Both the position numbers and the translations under genes were made by a program. A stretch of DNA of 64,000 bases, from assembly GCF_963921235.1 (NCBI RefSeq), contig NC_086109.1:20772001-20836000 (forward strand). The letters run 5' to 3'. This DNA is from Mobula hypostoma (taxonomy: Eukaryota). This document shows, piece after piece, positions 37,166-50,579 of this stretch (positions are counted from its first letter, which is position 1; the number at the start of each line of letters is the position of its first letter). The notes below the pieces were generated by a model. That model was not told the origin of the DNA, did no database searches, and worked only from the letters and a program-made list of their open reading frames with translations.

Positions 37166-38467
37166 TTTTAAATCAAGGCTATCTTGGGGCAACTTTTGCA
37201 GTCAGTTAGGACATTGATAGTTACTTTCATTAGGATGTCAAATGCCATTTAAACTTGGGAGTTGGAAATTAGAGATAATGATTAAATCAGGATTTGCAAA
37301 AGGAGATGGGTGAGGAATGGGCCCTTGATTTAAAAAAAAAAGGATATTTGCATTAATAAAATATTTAACAAGGATGACATTTATATGGCTCACGGCAAAC
37401 ATCACAAACTAAATCACATGAAGGAAACTGGTTAAACCACTGTGCTGGTTCTACGAAAGTGCTGTGTAGTGCCACTCAGCCCTGTTCTTCCTCGTTAACT
37501 TCCATTTTCCAACAGAAAGTCACTGGAGGACCTGTTTCCAATCTATCACTGTTTTATGGGCTGTTTATTGCTCAAGACAATCAGTTGACTTTGTCCGCAA
37601 GCATCAGATGAGAGAGGAACACGTGGTCAGAGTGTTCAAAGAGAGAACTGGTTGTGGTTTTTAGACTATGGGGGAATCCAGACTTACGAAAATCAAGAAA
37701 GTGTAGTTGAGGTCAAATTCAGAACTATACCTATCAAATAGTTTGGCTGGTTCAGGGGGCCTTTCAGCTAGCATGCTCGTGTTTATTATATTTCAGAACA
37801 GGTAATTCTGGAGGGGGGGGAATCACTGTAACACCTGTACACTGAAGCCGGTGTCACTGTTGTTTTATCAGCTATTTACCTGTTGATCCACTCTTTGGTT
37901 CAGATGTATTTGTATACAACACAGATAATGTCAAAATGGAGCATCTATAAATTAATATCTCCTCCCTTCCTCCTAAATGAACTTTGCTTGTCCAACCTTA
38001 GCTTGTTTCTTTATGCCCAAGTTATTCAGATCCCTCTCTCCTATTTCTGCATGGTAAAGCACTGCTTGAATGTGTTCAGACGTGATACTGGGATAGCTTT
38101 ATCTCCTTTCCTGTTCTTCCACTGTAATAGCAAGCTGCAAATATGTGGGAGTATTATGCATTGGTGAGATTAGTATCTGTAAGAAAAATCAGGTTTCATT
38201 ATGTTCACATACATCATAAAACATCATTCTTTTTCCCCTACAGGTACTGGCATGTTCTGATATATGTTTATGGAAAAAGTGTCTTTCCATTCTGCCACTG
38301 CACAATTTTAGAACAATGATAAATAAAGACACAAAATATAGTTTGCTTTCCTGAACAAGTGGAAGCTAATTAAATGCCTAGTACAAGACACTAATATAAG
38401 AAGTAGACCAAAATCAATTGTGACAGAAACCTGACAGTCTTTTTTCTGCCCTGCTTTTTTTTTGCAG

Positions 38468-38547
38468 ATATATGGTAAGACGCTTAATGGCCAGCAGACT
38501 ATTATAGCTTGCATTGAAAACCATCAGTTTCAGCCAAATAATTTTTG
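38468..38547 (+). CDS. capza: CAPZA coding exon 6 (80 nt)
   Basis: poly-T tract ending gcag, gtaagt donor; [26 protein letters not shown](W). Confidence 0.96.
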
Positions 38548-39972
38548 GTAAGTGTTTTTCTTAATGAATGAGTGAACTTTATTTCGGTCAGTACAAACAT
38601 TAAAAAAAGCATCCTTTTCAGTGATGATTTCACAGGACAAAATCACAACAAAAAAATAGGTGAACAAATAGAGTTCCAATGTCAAATGTCATGTCTGAAC
38701 TTAAGCTTGTTATTTCAGTCACATGTCAATTGTGCAGATGTTGCAATATGGAGCAGTCCTGATGTCTTTTTTTTCTTTGTATCTTCAAAGTTCAATGTAA
38801 AATCTATTATCAGATTACATAGTTGACACTACATACAACCTTGGGATTCTTTTTCTGTGGACATACTCGGCAAATCTATAGAACAGTAACTATAAACTGT
38901 AAACAAACTGTGTAATGCAGATATAAATAAATATAGCAATAAATAACAAGCATGAAATAACAATATAACAGCCCTTAAACGAGTGTAGCTATCCCCTTTT
39001 GTTCAGGAGCCTGATGGTTAAGGGGTAGTAACTGTTCTTGAACCTGATGGTGTGAGTCCTGAGGTACCTGTACCTTCTACCTGATGGTAGCAGCGAGAAA
39101 AGAGCATGGCCTGGGTGATGAGGGTCTTTGAATGCTGCTTTTCTACAGCACCGTTTCATGTAGATGTGCTCAGTGGTTGGGAGGGTTTTTTCCTGTGATG
39201 TACTGGGCCAAATCTACTACCTTTGGTAGCATTTTTCGCTCAAAGGCATTGGTGTTCCCATACCAGGCCATAATGCAGCCAGTTAGCATTCTTTCATCAC
39301 ACTTCTATAGAAGGTAGCCGAGGTTTTCAGTGACATGCCGAACCTCCACAGACTCCTGAGGAAGCAGAGGTGCTGTCATGCTTTCTTCACAGTGATATTT
39401 ATGTGATGGGTCCAGGACAGGTCCTCTAAGATAGTGACATCCAGGAATTTAAAGTTAATGATCACTGGCTCATGGACCTCTGCTTTCCCTCTCCTGAAGT
39501 CAATAATTAGTCTTTTCTTTGGAATAGTGGAGCAGACTCTGGGCCAAATGGCCTAATTCTGCAACTATGTCTTATGGTTTTAGTTGCAAGTCTGGCTGTT
39601 TCTGCAGAGTGAGGTCACGTCTTCAACACCTGTTTTATGGTTAACCCTGTCACAAACCTAGTGACAATGTTGTATGTATTTTGAGTCTCAAATGAGGACA
39701 ATATGGAAGTAGAGATTCAGGCAGTTTTCTTGCTGCTGATAACTTTTGTCTGCTGGACGATATGTGTTTATGCATTGGTAGTTAGGGATAGGTTAAGTTG
39801 TATATTGATGCCTGCTGGGAGTTTCTCTGTGAATGGAATATTGAATCAGAATAAGATTTAATATTACTGATGTGTTGAAATTTGTTATTTTACAGCAGCA
39901 TTACAGTGTAATACTGTACATAAATACTATGAATTACAATAGGAAATATATAAAAAATTAATTGAATGAAAT

Positions 39973-40045
39973 CAGGAGTTCCCATCCTTTTTTTTTTGTA
40001 CCAGGGATCAATATCATTAAGCAAGGGGTTCGTTGGGAACCCCTG
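39973..40045. mobile_element. tiny hAT-type MITE
   Basis: caggagttccca...tgggaacccctg ends; 8-bp TSD aatgaaat/aattaaat. Confidence 0.65.
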
Positions 40046-41384
40046 AATTAAATTTTTTAAATGAATTAAATTAAATAGGTAATGAAAAAACAGTGAGGCG
40101 TTGTTCATAGGTTCATTGTCTGTTCAGAAATCTGATGGCGGAAGGGTAGAAGTTGTCTTAAAATGTTGAGTGCGTGTTTTCAGGCTTCTGCACTCCTCTC
40201 TGGTAGTAATAAAACAGAGTACATCCTGGGTGATGGGGATCCTTAATGATGAAGAATGAACATTGAAAGACTTGCCAGTGGAATAATGAACCAGTGGGAG
40301 AATTGGTACCAAGAAGATGGGAGGAAATTGTGTTTAATCCTTGCTCCTTTGAGTGGTACATTCATCTTTGAGCTAGGCTGTGGGTTCAAGTGTGTAATCT
40401 GGGTTGACTCTCATCTGAAGCAATTTCCTTATTGTTTTAACCAAAAAAACAAAGGAATTCTGTCTGGTGTCGTTAAAATTATTTATCCATCAATCAACAC
40501 ATCAAAAGTAAATCATAAGATTTTATTCACAGTGCTGCTTGTAAATTGACAGGTTTTTTTTTGAGAATAAAGGTCCAATCAGACTGATACTTTTTAAACT
40601 ATTGACTCCTTAAGACTGTTTTATTTTATATTTCGCCCATAACCTTGAACTTATTCGCAGTTGCAAGGAGGAATGAAAGTTATGTTTGCAAAATACCTGA
40701 CATGACTCCAGAAGTTAACACCATTTCATTGGGCAGTTGAATGTGGTGAAAAGGTGTTAGTTATGGAAGTTAGATAGAAAATTTGCAGACTATTCATAGC
40801 AATAAAACGATAGAGCAGTGTTTAATTTTCTGATTTGCATAAGAACACAAGAATCAGGAGTAGATACTAATATATTACCCCATCCCCATGTGCTGTTATC
40901 CAATGCTGTTACCTTTTATGTGACACCTGATTCTTAACAGAAATCCAAGTTTTGATTTGACTTTATTCATTCAGTTTGTTATATCATCAAAGAATTCCAA
41001 GTAAATCATGTTGATTTGGCTTACAATTCTCAAATGTCCTGCTTTAACCCCAACAATGTATTGCAGCATTTCTCCAATTACTTATGTTAGCCTATGTGAC
41101 CGGTAGTATCTTGCTTTCAGTTTTCCTTCTTTCCTGAAATATGTTTGTGGTTTTTTAATCCTTTGGGAATTCTGTAGAATTCAAAGAATTTTATCAGATT
41201 ACAACCAACATGTATGTTATTCTCTGCAACCATTTACTTTTAGACTCCAGGATGCAGGGTTTCAGATCTGAGGGACTGGTAGAACACAGAACACAGAACA
41301 GCATAGCACTGTTGGTCTTCATCTTATCAGTTTACCGAGGCATGTTAAGCTTGTTTTAAGTTCTTGCCTGAAACCTTTTCAATT

Positions 41385-41675
41385 AATTATTTAGAGATAC
41401 AGTGCAGAACAGGTCCTTCTGGCCCATGAGCCACAGCACCCAGAAACCCACCAATTTAACCTTCACCTAATTACAGGGCAGTTTAAAATGACCATTTAAC
41501 CTACTAACCAGTACATCTTTGAACTGTGGGAGGAAACCAGAGTACTTGAAGGAAACGCAGGCCTACACGGGAAGAATGTACAAGCTTTCTTTCATAGGAC
41601 GCCAGAATTGAACTCTGAGCTCTGACTCCCCAAGCTGTAATAGTGTGATGCTAACCAGTACACTACTATGGTGCC
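41385..41675 (-). mobile_element. HE1/V-type SINE
   Basis: Reverse complement of the V-domain (tgtgggaggaaaccagagtac..ggaaacgcag) and of the tail (agagatacagtgc). Confidence 0.68.
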
Positions 41676-41993
41676 CATCCGAGCTTTTAGTGTTAGCTAT
41701 CATGAAGGATCACTGGAAGTGTTAGAATATCTGTCATTTCTTTTTTTCTCATATTTAGTTCCCCAGTGTATCTTCATGGGATCAATACTTACATTAGCCC
41801 TTCTCTTCCTTTGAGTGCCAACAGGTGTATAAACTATTTTGATACTATTTTCTAATTTGCTCCCATCTGTATTTTCTGTTTCTTTATACTTTTCTTTGCC
41901 TTCCTTTGCCAATTTGGACTCAGTGAATGTTTGTTCCGAGTCTATTTTTTTAGTTACTAAATGATGTACATTTTTAAAATCCACTTATTAAAG

Positions 41994-42072
41994 GAATGGA
42001 CGTTGGCGATCAGAGTGGAAGTTCACAATTACTCCTCCATCAGCTCAGCTTACTGGAGTTCTGAAGATTCAG
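41994..42072 (+). CDS. capza: CAPZA coding exon 7 (79 nt)
   Basis: taaag acceptor and gtgtgt donor; (W)[26 protein letters not shown]. Confidence 0.96.
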
Positions 42073-42150
42073 GTGTGTCTTGCTGTTATTGTATTTGTAC
42101 AAATTCAATTATAACAAACAAATTATATTAAATATGTAATGTCTTTCAAG

Positions 42151-42222
42151 GTTCATTATTATGAAGATGGTAATGTTCAACTGATGAGTCATAAAGACAT
42201 CCAGGAATCCTTGCCAATCACA
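42151..42222 (+). CDS. capza: CAPZA coding exon 8 (72 nt)
   Basis: Follows a 78-nt intron; ttcaag acceptor and gtaagt donor; VHYYEDGNVQLMSHKDIQESLPIT, containing the CAPZA motif HYYEDGNVQ. Confidence 0.97.
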
Positions 42223-42439
42223 GTAAGTCAAAGTTTACTTAAGATTAATGCACATTCTCAGAATGATGCGAAAAAGTTACTGGTTTTAACTGAGATTAAA
42301 TAGTACTTTTTTGTAATGTTCAGCTCTCGATTCATCTGTTGTCTACTGTAACTTGAAATATAAACAAAAACTGCAAGGAGGTGCCTGTCTGCATCCATGA
42401 TCAGTGAAAATGTAGCTGAAAGATTATTATATCTGTCCA

Positions 42440-42588
42440 GATCCTTCATCAGGGCAGGTGAAGGGTCTCGGCCCAAAACATCAACAGTTTACTCTTTTCC
42501 GTAGATGCTGTCTGGCCTGCTGAGTTCCTTCAGCATCTTATGTGTGTTGCTTTGGATTTCCAGCATCTGCAGATTTTCTTGTTTTTGT
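42440..42588 (+). repeat. Penelope-derived short repeat (related copies at ~7880-8060, ~15440-15605, ~29100-29195, ~34360-34840)
   Basis: gaagggtctcggccc..agatgctg..ctgctgagttcc..ccagcatctgcaga motif shared with 59571-59801. Confidence 0.65.
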
Positions 42589-43844
42589 TATATTTGTCCA
42601 GTCCTTTCGTGGAATGTGAGCATTGCTGGAAAGAGAAAAATTTAACACCCATCCCTAAATTTCATTGAGGTGATGTTAAGTTATTTGGAAGTAGCTGCAG
42701 ATCTTTGTAATGGCTCCATCAAAACACGATTGCATGGTAAGTTCTTGGATTTTGAACCAATAAGTATAATATGGAGCTCAGCATTGTTCCAATGAAGTAA
42801 GAAGTGAGGAGAATCTCCCTCAATTTTATATCTGGATTTCCACATCATACTGGAAATTAACACTTTTTCAAGTTCAAGTTTAATTATCATTCACCCATAC
42901 ATGAAATAGTGTTCCTCCAGGGCCAAGGTGCAACACACATTGCCAACAACACATAGCACAAATAGGACATAGGGTATGATTTCAGGAAAAAAAGTCACAA
43001 GAAATAATATAGCTCAAGTCCCTGAGTGGCACGACTGTAACTCTGGTCCAGCTTGTTTTTCTCTTGAGTGAACGCCATAGAGCAGTACTGATGGGAAGCA
43101 CCAGCTCCAACCCAGTAGATTCCAGCACACCCACAGAGGCTTTCCGCCACCGCCTTGGCATCTCATCTACTAGGCTGCTGCAACAGGCTAGCCAGTGGCT
43201 TCAGCCTAGTCCGCATCACAACTGACCATGTGAGGATTTCAGCATTAGGGCATTACTAGTGATCTGCTGGGAAGGTAAAGACCTCTCATGTGCACGTATG
43301 CAAAAGCAGAATCCACGACACAACACCGGTACCCGCTGTCAGTCTCACCAGTGAACCGGACTTGCAGAATACTACATTACTATTGTCCACCGGGTTCTTG
43401 CAATTCTAACAGAAGTGTCCAAGACCATCACTTGCACTGTCAAGGCACAACAGTATGCCAACAGACCAGCTCCATTGCTATAGGGCAACTTGCTGATGGG
43501 ATACTCCTGCTTGATGTTCTTAGTGTCCAGCAGTGACTTTAAAAAAAAAAGAATGAACAAATACACGTTTGGACCCAGAGTGGCTGCTGCATCTGAGCAC
43601 ACCACCATTTATTTATTTCTTTCCCAAGCAAAACATAAAATTTACAGGAGAGATTGGAAGCATCTTAAATGAAAGATGATGCCAGCAAACTTCCAAAGAA
43701 GGTGAATCAAAATACAGTTGAGTAGTCCTCAAACTTGAATATAAGAGGTAGGTAAAGTGGCAGGATATGCAGAATTACAGTTTGGAGGTCCCAGAATTTA
43801 CAGCATGAATTTCCCCCCCAAAAAATTCCATGTGCATTTCTTTT

Positions 43845-44292
43845 GAATAAACTCTTCTTGGGTTTCCACCTGGGTACAGGTATCAATTTTAACTGACATT
43901 TCGATGACAAACTCTGCCATCTTCATCAGGGATTATACCTGGTTATGTCTAATCCGGTGGTATTCGTACCCCTGTTATCTGTCCCTCCTGAATGATTAGT
44001 CCTCATCCAACTAAGTTTCTGCTGTTCTACTTTTGTTAAAATTCTATGTGAGAACTGGAATTTGATTGTAAACAAGTTGGAACAATGGAAACCTGATTGG
44101 ATGAGGACTAATCAATCTGGAGGGAAGGACGTGGGTATAAATACCAACGGACTGAACATGCCCAGGCATCATCTCTGATGAAAATGACAGAGTTTGTCAT
44201 CGAAACGTCAGTTAAACACAACACCTGTACCTGGCTGAAAGCCCAAGAAGAGTTTATTCGTCATGTACACTGGGAAAACACTAGGTCCTTTT
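43845..44292. mobile_element. inverted-repeat Penelope pseudo-LTR-like element with hammerhead-type cores
   Basis: ~190-bp inverted arms (43845-44259); CTGATGA-stem-GAAA(C/T)GTC on each strand; CCAAT- and TATA-like motifs. Confidence 0.7.
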
Positions 44293-44864
44293 GCATATCT
44301 CTCTTTAACCAGTGGAAAATTCTGGATTCTGCTTTTGCATATGTGCACGTGAAAGGTCTTTACCTCCCCAGCAGATTACTAGTACTGTCCTGACTAATGC
44401 TAGAATCCTTACAGGGTGCAGATATGGAGTATCTATTTTTAGTTGCACCAGGGAATCTTACAACTGTACCTGGTAAATGGGAGCAAGTTAAACAAGATAT
44501 TTAGTTGACAGCTTTGAATGCTGGTGTTACTTGGAAACAGGGCTTAACCAGCTATCAAAACATTTCTGTAGGCAGGCCTTGTTCGTGATGCCAGTTATGG
44601 CTGGGAAGTCCTGTACAATGCAGTAAGTACTGGGTTTGTTGACTAGGTTATGGATTAAGTCTCTGCATGGATAAGTGTGAACATAGCGGATAAGAGAGCT
44701 CAAGATTTTTTTTGTCTAACTTTGCTGATTTGGGCGAAGTGTATGTTTATTCCAAGTTCATTTTTAGTTACCAAAACAGTTCAATTCATGTAATTTTTTG
44801 AGTAGGTGTGTGATATCAGCTCTGTGCAATCTAATACCTGTGTATTTATAATCCTTGAGTTCTC

Positions 44865-45195
44865 AGGCCTTCTTCCACTTGTCTGTTCAATTTAAGCAAT
44901 TTCCCTCAAAAGATAATTGGCAAGTCAACTTTTTGAACTATGCTCCTAAACTGTGGAATTCAATTCCTAAAACTATAAGGGATGCAGATGACAATTGACA
45001 ACTGATCAGTTGACAATTCTAAACGCCAGCTCAAAACCTATTTATCTAACCTTGCTTTTAACTAAAGTCTTTTTGTCTTATTTTTATATTTATTTTTAGT
45101 TTTATTTTCATGTTTGTACTTTTATCCCATTGTAAAGTACTTTAAACTGCATCATCTGTATGAAAAGTGCTCTATAAAGAAAATTATTATTATTT
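44865..45195 (+). mobile_element. L2-type LINE 3' end just upstream of exon 9
   Basis: gctcctaaactgtggaattc..ctcaaaacctatttat..tgtaaagtacttt..gaaaagtgctctataaa plus an (att)n tail. Confidence 0.65.
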
Positions 45196-45269
45196 ATTCC
45201 TAATATTTATGTTTGATGTAATGCTATTCAAAATATTTTCATAGTCCTTTCTTTTTTTCATATTTATAG

Positions 45270-45332
45270 AATGAGTCCCAAACTGCAAAGGAGCTTGTGA
45301 AACTGATCGAAGTGGCTGAGAGTGGTTACCAG
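45270..45332 (+). CDS. capza: CAPZA coding exon 9 (63 nt)
   Basis: ttatag acceptor and gtatgt donor; NESQTAKELVKLIEVAESGYQ. Confidence 0.94.
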
Positions 45333-45679
45333 GTATGTAGCTGGCTTCCGTGTGTTTTTTTAAAATAAATTTTGGTTCTCTCCCCCCCCCCCACAGTGCA
45401 AAGGAAACATCATATTCAGTCGTCTGAAGAAATTTCACCTCCTTTGCTAGTAAATGATTGATCCATTTAGTGATACATACCTCTCAGCATAGAGTCATAG
45501 AGCACAGCACAGAAACAAACCCTTATGCTCATCTAGTCTGTGCCAAGCTATCTGCTGGTTCCATTGACCTGTACCTGGACCATAGCTCTCCATACCCCTC
45601 CCATCCATGTACTTATCAAAGCTTCACTTAAGTATTGAAATCAAACCCACATCCACCACTTTAGCTGGCAAATCCGTTT

Positions 45680-47830
45680 TCCTAAGCCCTGCACACAGAC
45701 CACTGGCTGAACAAGTCAAATCAGTTCACAGGGAGATCAGGACCTGGCCACAAGGTGCCACTTCAATGCTGCTGAACTGCTTCAAAAGCATGGACTAGAG
45801 CATATTCAAGCAGGTGGTTACCCACGGTCATCATGTTAACATTGATGAATATGCTCGATCGGTGATTGGCCATTTAGGGAAATACATTGAAGACATTTCC
45901 ATGATTAAACACTGCACTGCCGGGGAAAACCAGAAACCATGGCTGAATGCAGAGGTTCGTGCACGCCTTAGAGAGCAGGGCATTTGTTGTCTTCAGATCA
46001 GGGGACAGGACGAATCTTAGGACAGCAAGAGCGACGCTCTCCTGTTAGGGAGGCAAAGTGTGAGTATGCACAGAGAATCCACAGACATTGTTGTGACACC
46101 AGGAACATGCAGTGCATGTGGCAAGGTATGCAACCATAACTGATTACGTCCACCTTGTGCATCAGTGACAGTGCCACCTCCCTTCCTGATGGACTGAATG
46201 CTTTCTATATACGATTAACCAATTGAATGATGTGACATTGAGGAAAGCCCCCTTTCTTCCTGAGGAACAAGCACCCTGTCTGGCCACAGCCAAAGTGAAA
46301 AGGACCCTAGCCAGGGGGAAACCATGCAAAGTTGTAGGGCCGGACAATATACCTGGTCAGGTGTTGATGGGCTCTGCAACCCAGCTAGCAGAGGTTTTAA
46401 CAGATAATCTCTCTGAAATGGTCCACTGTCCCTGTTTCAAGGCAGTCAGTGTCATTCCAGTGCCCAAAGGAGCAATGATAACTAACCTAAATGATTACTG
46501 CCCAGTGGTACTGACTTCAACAAACATTAAGTGCTTTGAGTGGCTGGTAATGGATTGTATAAAATTATCCCCTAATCTGAAGGCAACACCCTGATCCCTT
46601 AGCAGTGCATGGACCTCTGCAGTCAGCCATGGTTTCTGGTTTTCCCTGGCAGTGTTTAATCACAGAAGCACTTCAATGCACTTTCCTATAGCCTTGGGCC
46701 ATCACTCCATCCTGTCCCACCTGTAAAATGATGTCTCATACGTCAGGATGTTGCTCATCGACTTCGGCTCGGTCTTTAACATGATCATCCCACAGAGGCT
46801 GGCGGGTAAACTGTCTTCAATGGGACCCAGCACCCTGGACCTCTTGAGCCCAGTCAGTCTGAGTTGGCAATAACATCTCAAGCTTCATCACGCTGAGCAC
46901 TGGTGCCCCCCAAGGTTGTGTGATCAGTCCGCTGCTGATTCATGTTTGCACGGCCAGATTCAGTTCAAACCACATCATTGTTTGTTGATGATACTACAGT
47001 GGTTGGCCTCCTCAGCAACAATGGTGAGTTGTCATACAGTGAGAAGGTAGAGAGCCTTGTCAAATGGTGTGAGAACAACAACCTGAGTTCAGGGTGGACC
47101 GAAGAGATGATTGTGGACTTCAGGAAGGCACAAATCAACTGCTCTCCATTGCATATCAATGGTTCTGCTGCAGAGGGAGTGAAGAGCCCAAAGTTCCTTT
47201 GTGTGCACACATCGAATCACCTAACCAGGACCCACAACACCACCTCACTTGTCAAAAAGACACAGCAGCATCTACACATTCTGAGGAGACTGAGCTGTGC
47301 AAGGCTCTCTGCCTCATTATACCATCAAGAGTGTCCTATCTGGGTGTGTTATTGTGTGGCACAGAAGCTGCAAGGTACCGGGCCGCAGGACCTTACAGAG
47401 GACAGTAAAAACCACCAGAAGGATCATCAGGATCTCTCTGCTCACTATTTCTGACAGTTATGAGGAGAGTTGCAAACAAAGGGCCCAGAGTATTGTTGAG
47501 GATTGGTGCAGCCCATCCCACAATCTCTTGTGACACACAACTGTCAGAAAGGAGGTAGAGAAGCATCAACAGTTTCTTCCCTCAGGCTGTGAGACTAATG
47601 AACACCGTGTCACCACTACTGAGGTCTCGTCACAAGGACAACAAGCTGTTTACATTTGCTGTGCTTTACCACATGCATTTTGAATTATATTTTATTAACT
47701 TTTTACTGTATAGTATAATATTTTGGTTCAAATGCTGTGTATAATATGTTTTGTAGGTGCATCATGGTCCGGAGAAGCACTGTTTCATCTGGTTGTATAC
47801 TTGTAAAGTTAGATGCCAATAAACTTGAAC
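45680..47830 (+). mobile_element. Rex1/Babar-like LINE, decayed
   Basis: NQKPWLNAEV, LNDYCPVVLTSTNIKCFE, FVDDTTVVGL, QQHLHILRRL. Confidence 0.8.
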
Positions 47831-49279
47831 TCATTCCATGTTCACACCACCCTCTGAGTGAAGAAGTTCCCCCTTTCTTCCCCATAAACATTTCACCTTT
47901 CACCCTTATCCCATGACCTCTAGTTCTGGTCTTGTCCAACCTGAGAGGAAAAAGCATGCTTGCATATACCCTATATATGTCACTCAAAAATTTTATATAC
48001 CTTCACCAAATCTCGCCTCATTTTAATATGCTCCAGGGAATAAAGTGCTATCAGTTTAACTAACAGCCAGTTAGTTTAAAGAGGGAAAAGGAACTAATCT
48101 AACACTGAGCAGTCTTTACCACAGTTATGTAATGTGAAAGGGTTTATAATGGAAGAACACAAGTCAATGGAGACCTCATGAAGGTCTAAAAGCTATGCTG
48201 GGTCACTTTTGGAGCATTCTATACAGTTTTGGTCACCTTGTTGTAGAAAAGTTGTTATTAAACCAGAAAGAGTGAAATAAAGATTTGCCAGGATGTTGTG
48301 TGGACTTGAGGACCTAAGTTACACAGAGAGGTTATGCAGACTGGGACTTTATTCTTCAAATGTAAGAGAGTGAGGAGTGACCTAATGGGGGTATATAAGA
48401 TCATGAGGGGCAGAGTCAGGATGAAAGCATGTAGTCTTTTTCCTGGAGAGGGTTTGCTCAAAACAGGAGGATATAGGTTTAAGATGAGAGGCGAGGGATT
48501 TGAAAGGAACAGCTTCTTCACACAAAAGATGGTGTGTATTTGGAATGAGCTCTAGCTGAATTGGACACGTTAGCAACATGTAAAGTCTATTGAGATGAGA
48601 GTCTAAAGTCAGGTGGCATGGAACCAGCGCTGCTTCAGGCCGAGTAATCCATGCCAGCTGTGTTGCCCAGCGAGCTCGTCCCATCCACCAGTGTTTTGCC
48701 CCATAGCCCTCTGTGTAAGAATGGGTCAGGATCAAACTGATTCTATTTGGTGTGTGCTTTGTTTGCATAAACATGATCAAATATAACAATTTTATCTTCC
48801 CCATCTCCATTGTACACTAATGCATCCTCTATAATTACCTTAAGCATTCATTTGTCCAAAAGTGGTGTGCTACCTACACCATGATCTGCAGCAGTTCAGT
48901 ATAGCTGCTTCGACAGCACTCTCAACACATGACATGCAAGGACAAGGGCTGCAAAGATGTGGAAACACCACCACCTCCAGGTCTTGCTCTGTCACAAACC
49001 ACCCTGACTTTGAAATACATTGGCTATTTCATCATATTTGGATCAAAACTTTGAAGTTCAGAATTGGTGAAACTTCACTGCTATGGATTACGTGGTACAA
49101 AAAAAAATCATCAACTTCAAGGTCAATAGTATAATGGCACTTAATCCTAGCTGTTAATGTAGCCTTAAAATTAGTATCGAAATAAATTTAAACATACCCA
49201 ATAGCTTTTTTATTGACTTTTGTTTCCTGGCCCCATGTATATGGGATACATGGGTGTTACTCTGGTTGGCAATCAGTGG

Positions 49280-50245
49280 TGAATCGAAGTTTGCTGATGA
49301 TACTAAATTGAGTGGAAAAGCAAATTGTGCTGAAGATATAGAGAGTCTGCAGAGAGATCTAGATAGATTAGGTGAATGGTCAAGGGTCTGGCAGATGGAA
49401 TACAATGTTGGTAAATGTAAGGTCATCCACTTTGGAAGGAAAAATGAAAGAGCAGATTATTTAAATGGTAAAAAAAATTGCGGCATGCTGCTGTGCAGTG
49501 GGACTTGGGAGTGCTTGTGCATGAATCACAAAAAGTTGGTTTGCAGGTGCAGTAGGCTATCGAGAAGGCAAATGAAACATTGGCCTTCATTGCTAGAGGG
49601 ATTGAATTTAAGAGCAGGGAGGTTATGCTGCAACTGTATAGGGTACTGGTGAGGCTGCACTTGTAGTACTGTGTGCATTTCTGGTCTCCTTACTTGAGGA
49701 AGGATATGCTAGCTTTGGAGGAGGTGCAGAGGAGGTTCAACCAGCTTGATTCCAGAGATGAGGCATTTAGACCATGAGGAGAGAATGAGTTGCCTGGGAC
49801 TGTACTCGCTGAAATTCCGGAGAATGGAAGGAGATCTTATAGAAACATGTGAAATTATGAAAGGGATAGATAAAATAGAAGCAGGGAAGTTATTTTCACT
49901 GGTAGGTGAGACTAGAACTAGGGAACTTAACCTCAATATTCGGAGGAGTAGATTTAGGACGGAGATGAGGAAAAACTGCTTTTCTCAGAGAGTGGTGAAT
50001 CTGTGGAATTCTCTGCCCACTGAAGCAGTGGAGGCTCCCTCAGTAAATGTATTTAAGACAAATAATTTTTAAAAATTAAGATAGATAAATTTTTGCATAG
50101 TAGGGGAAATAAGAGTTATGGGGAAAAGGCAGATAAGTAGAGGTGAGTCCATGGCCAGATCAGCCATGATCTTATTGAATGGTGGAGCAGTCTCGATGAG
50201 CCAGATGGCCTACTCCTGCTCCTATTTCTTATGTACTTGTGTTCT
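49280..50245 (+). mobile_element. CR1 3' fragment
   Basis: SKFADDTKLSG..WQMEYNVGKCKVIHFG; FFSQRVVNLWNSLP-type motif; CR1 tail. Confidence 0.85.
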
Positions 50246-50579
50246 AAGATCGATAGAAAATGAGCCTTGGTTAATTATGAGAAGTACTATAATCTACATA
50301 AATGGTTGAAGCTCTGATGAGGCAATATCTCTTTAACTCACTTGGAAGATGATGGAACTGTGAAGGAACCTTTTCAGGGACATAGGAATAAATTGGAAGA
50401 AACAGATAGAATTTTGTTTTGGCTAAATTAAGATGTGAACATTTAAATACAGTGGATTTTGCCAAGGTTTTAGCACTGCTGCGAAGGGGATTAATGATTT
50501 TTTTTTTTTCTCTGCACTTTTAAAATATTTTTCTATTGAGGTTATTCCAGTGAGTTTTAACACTTCTTTCTTGTTTCAG

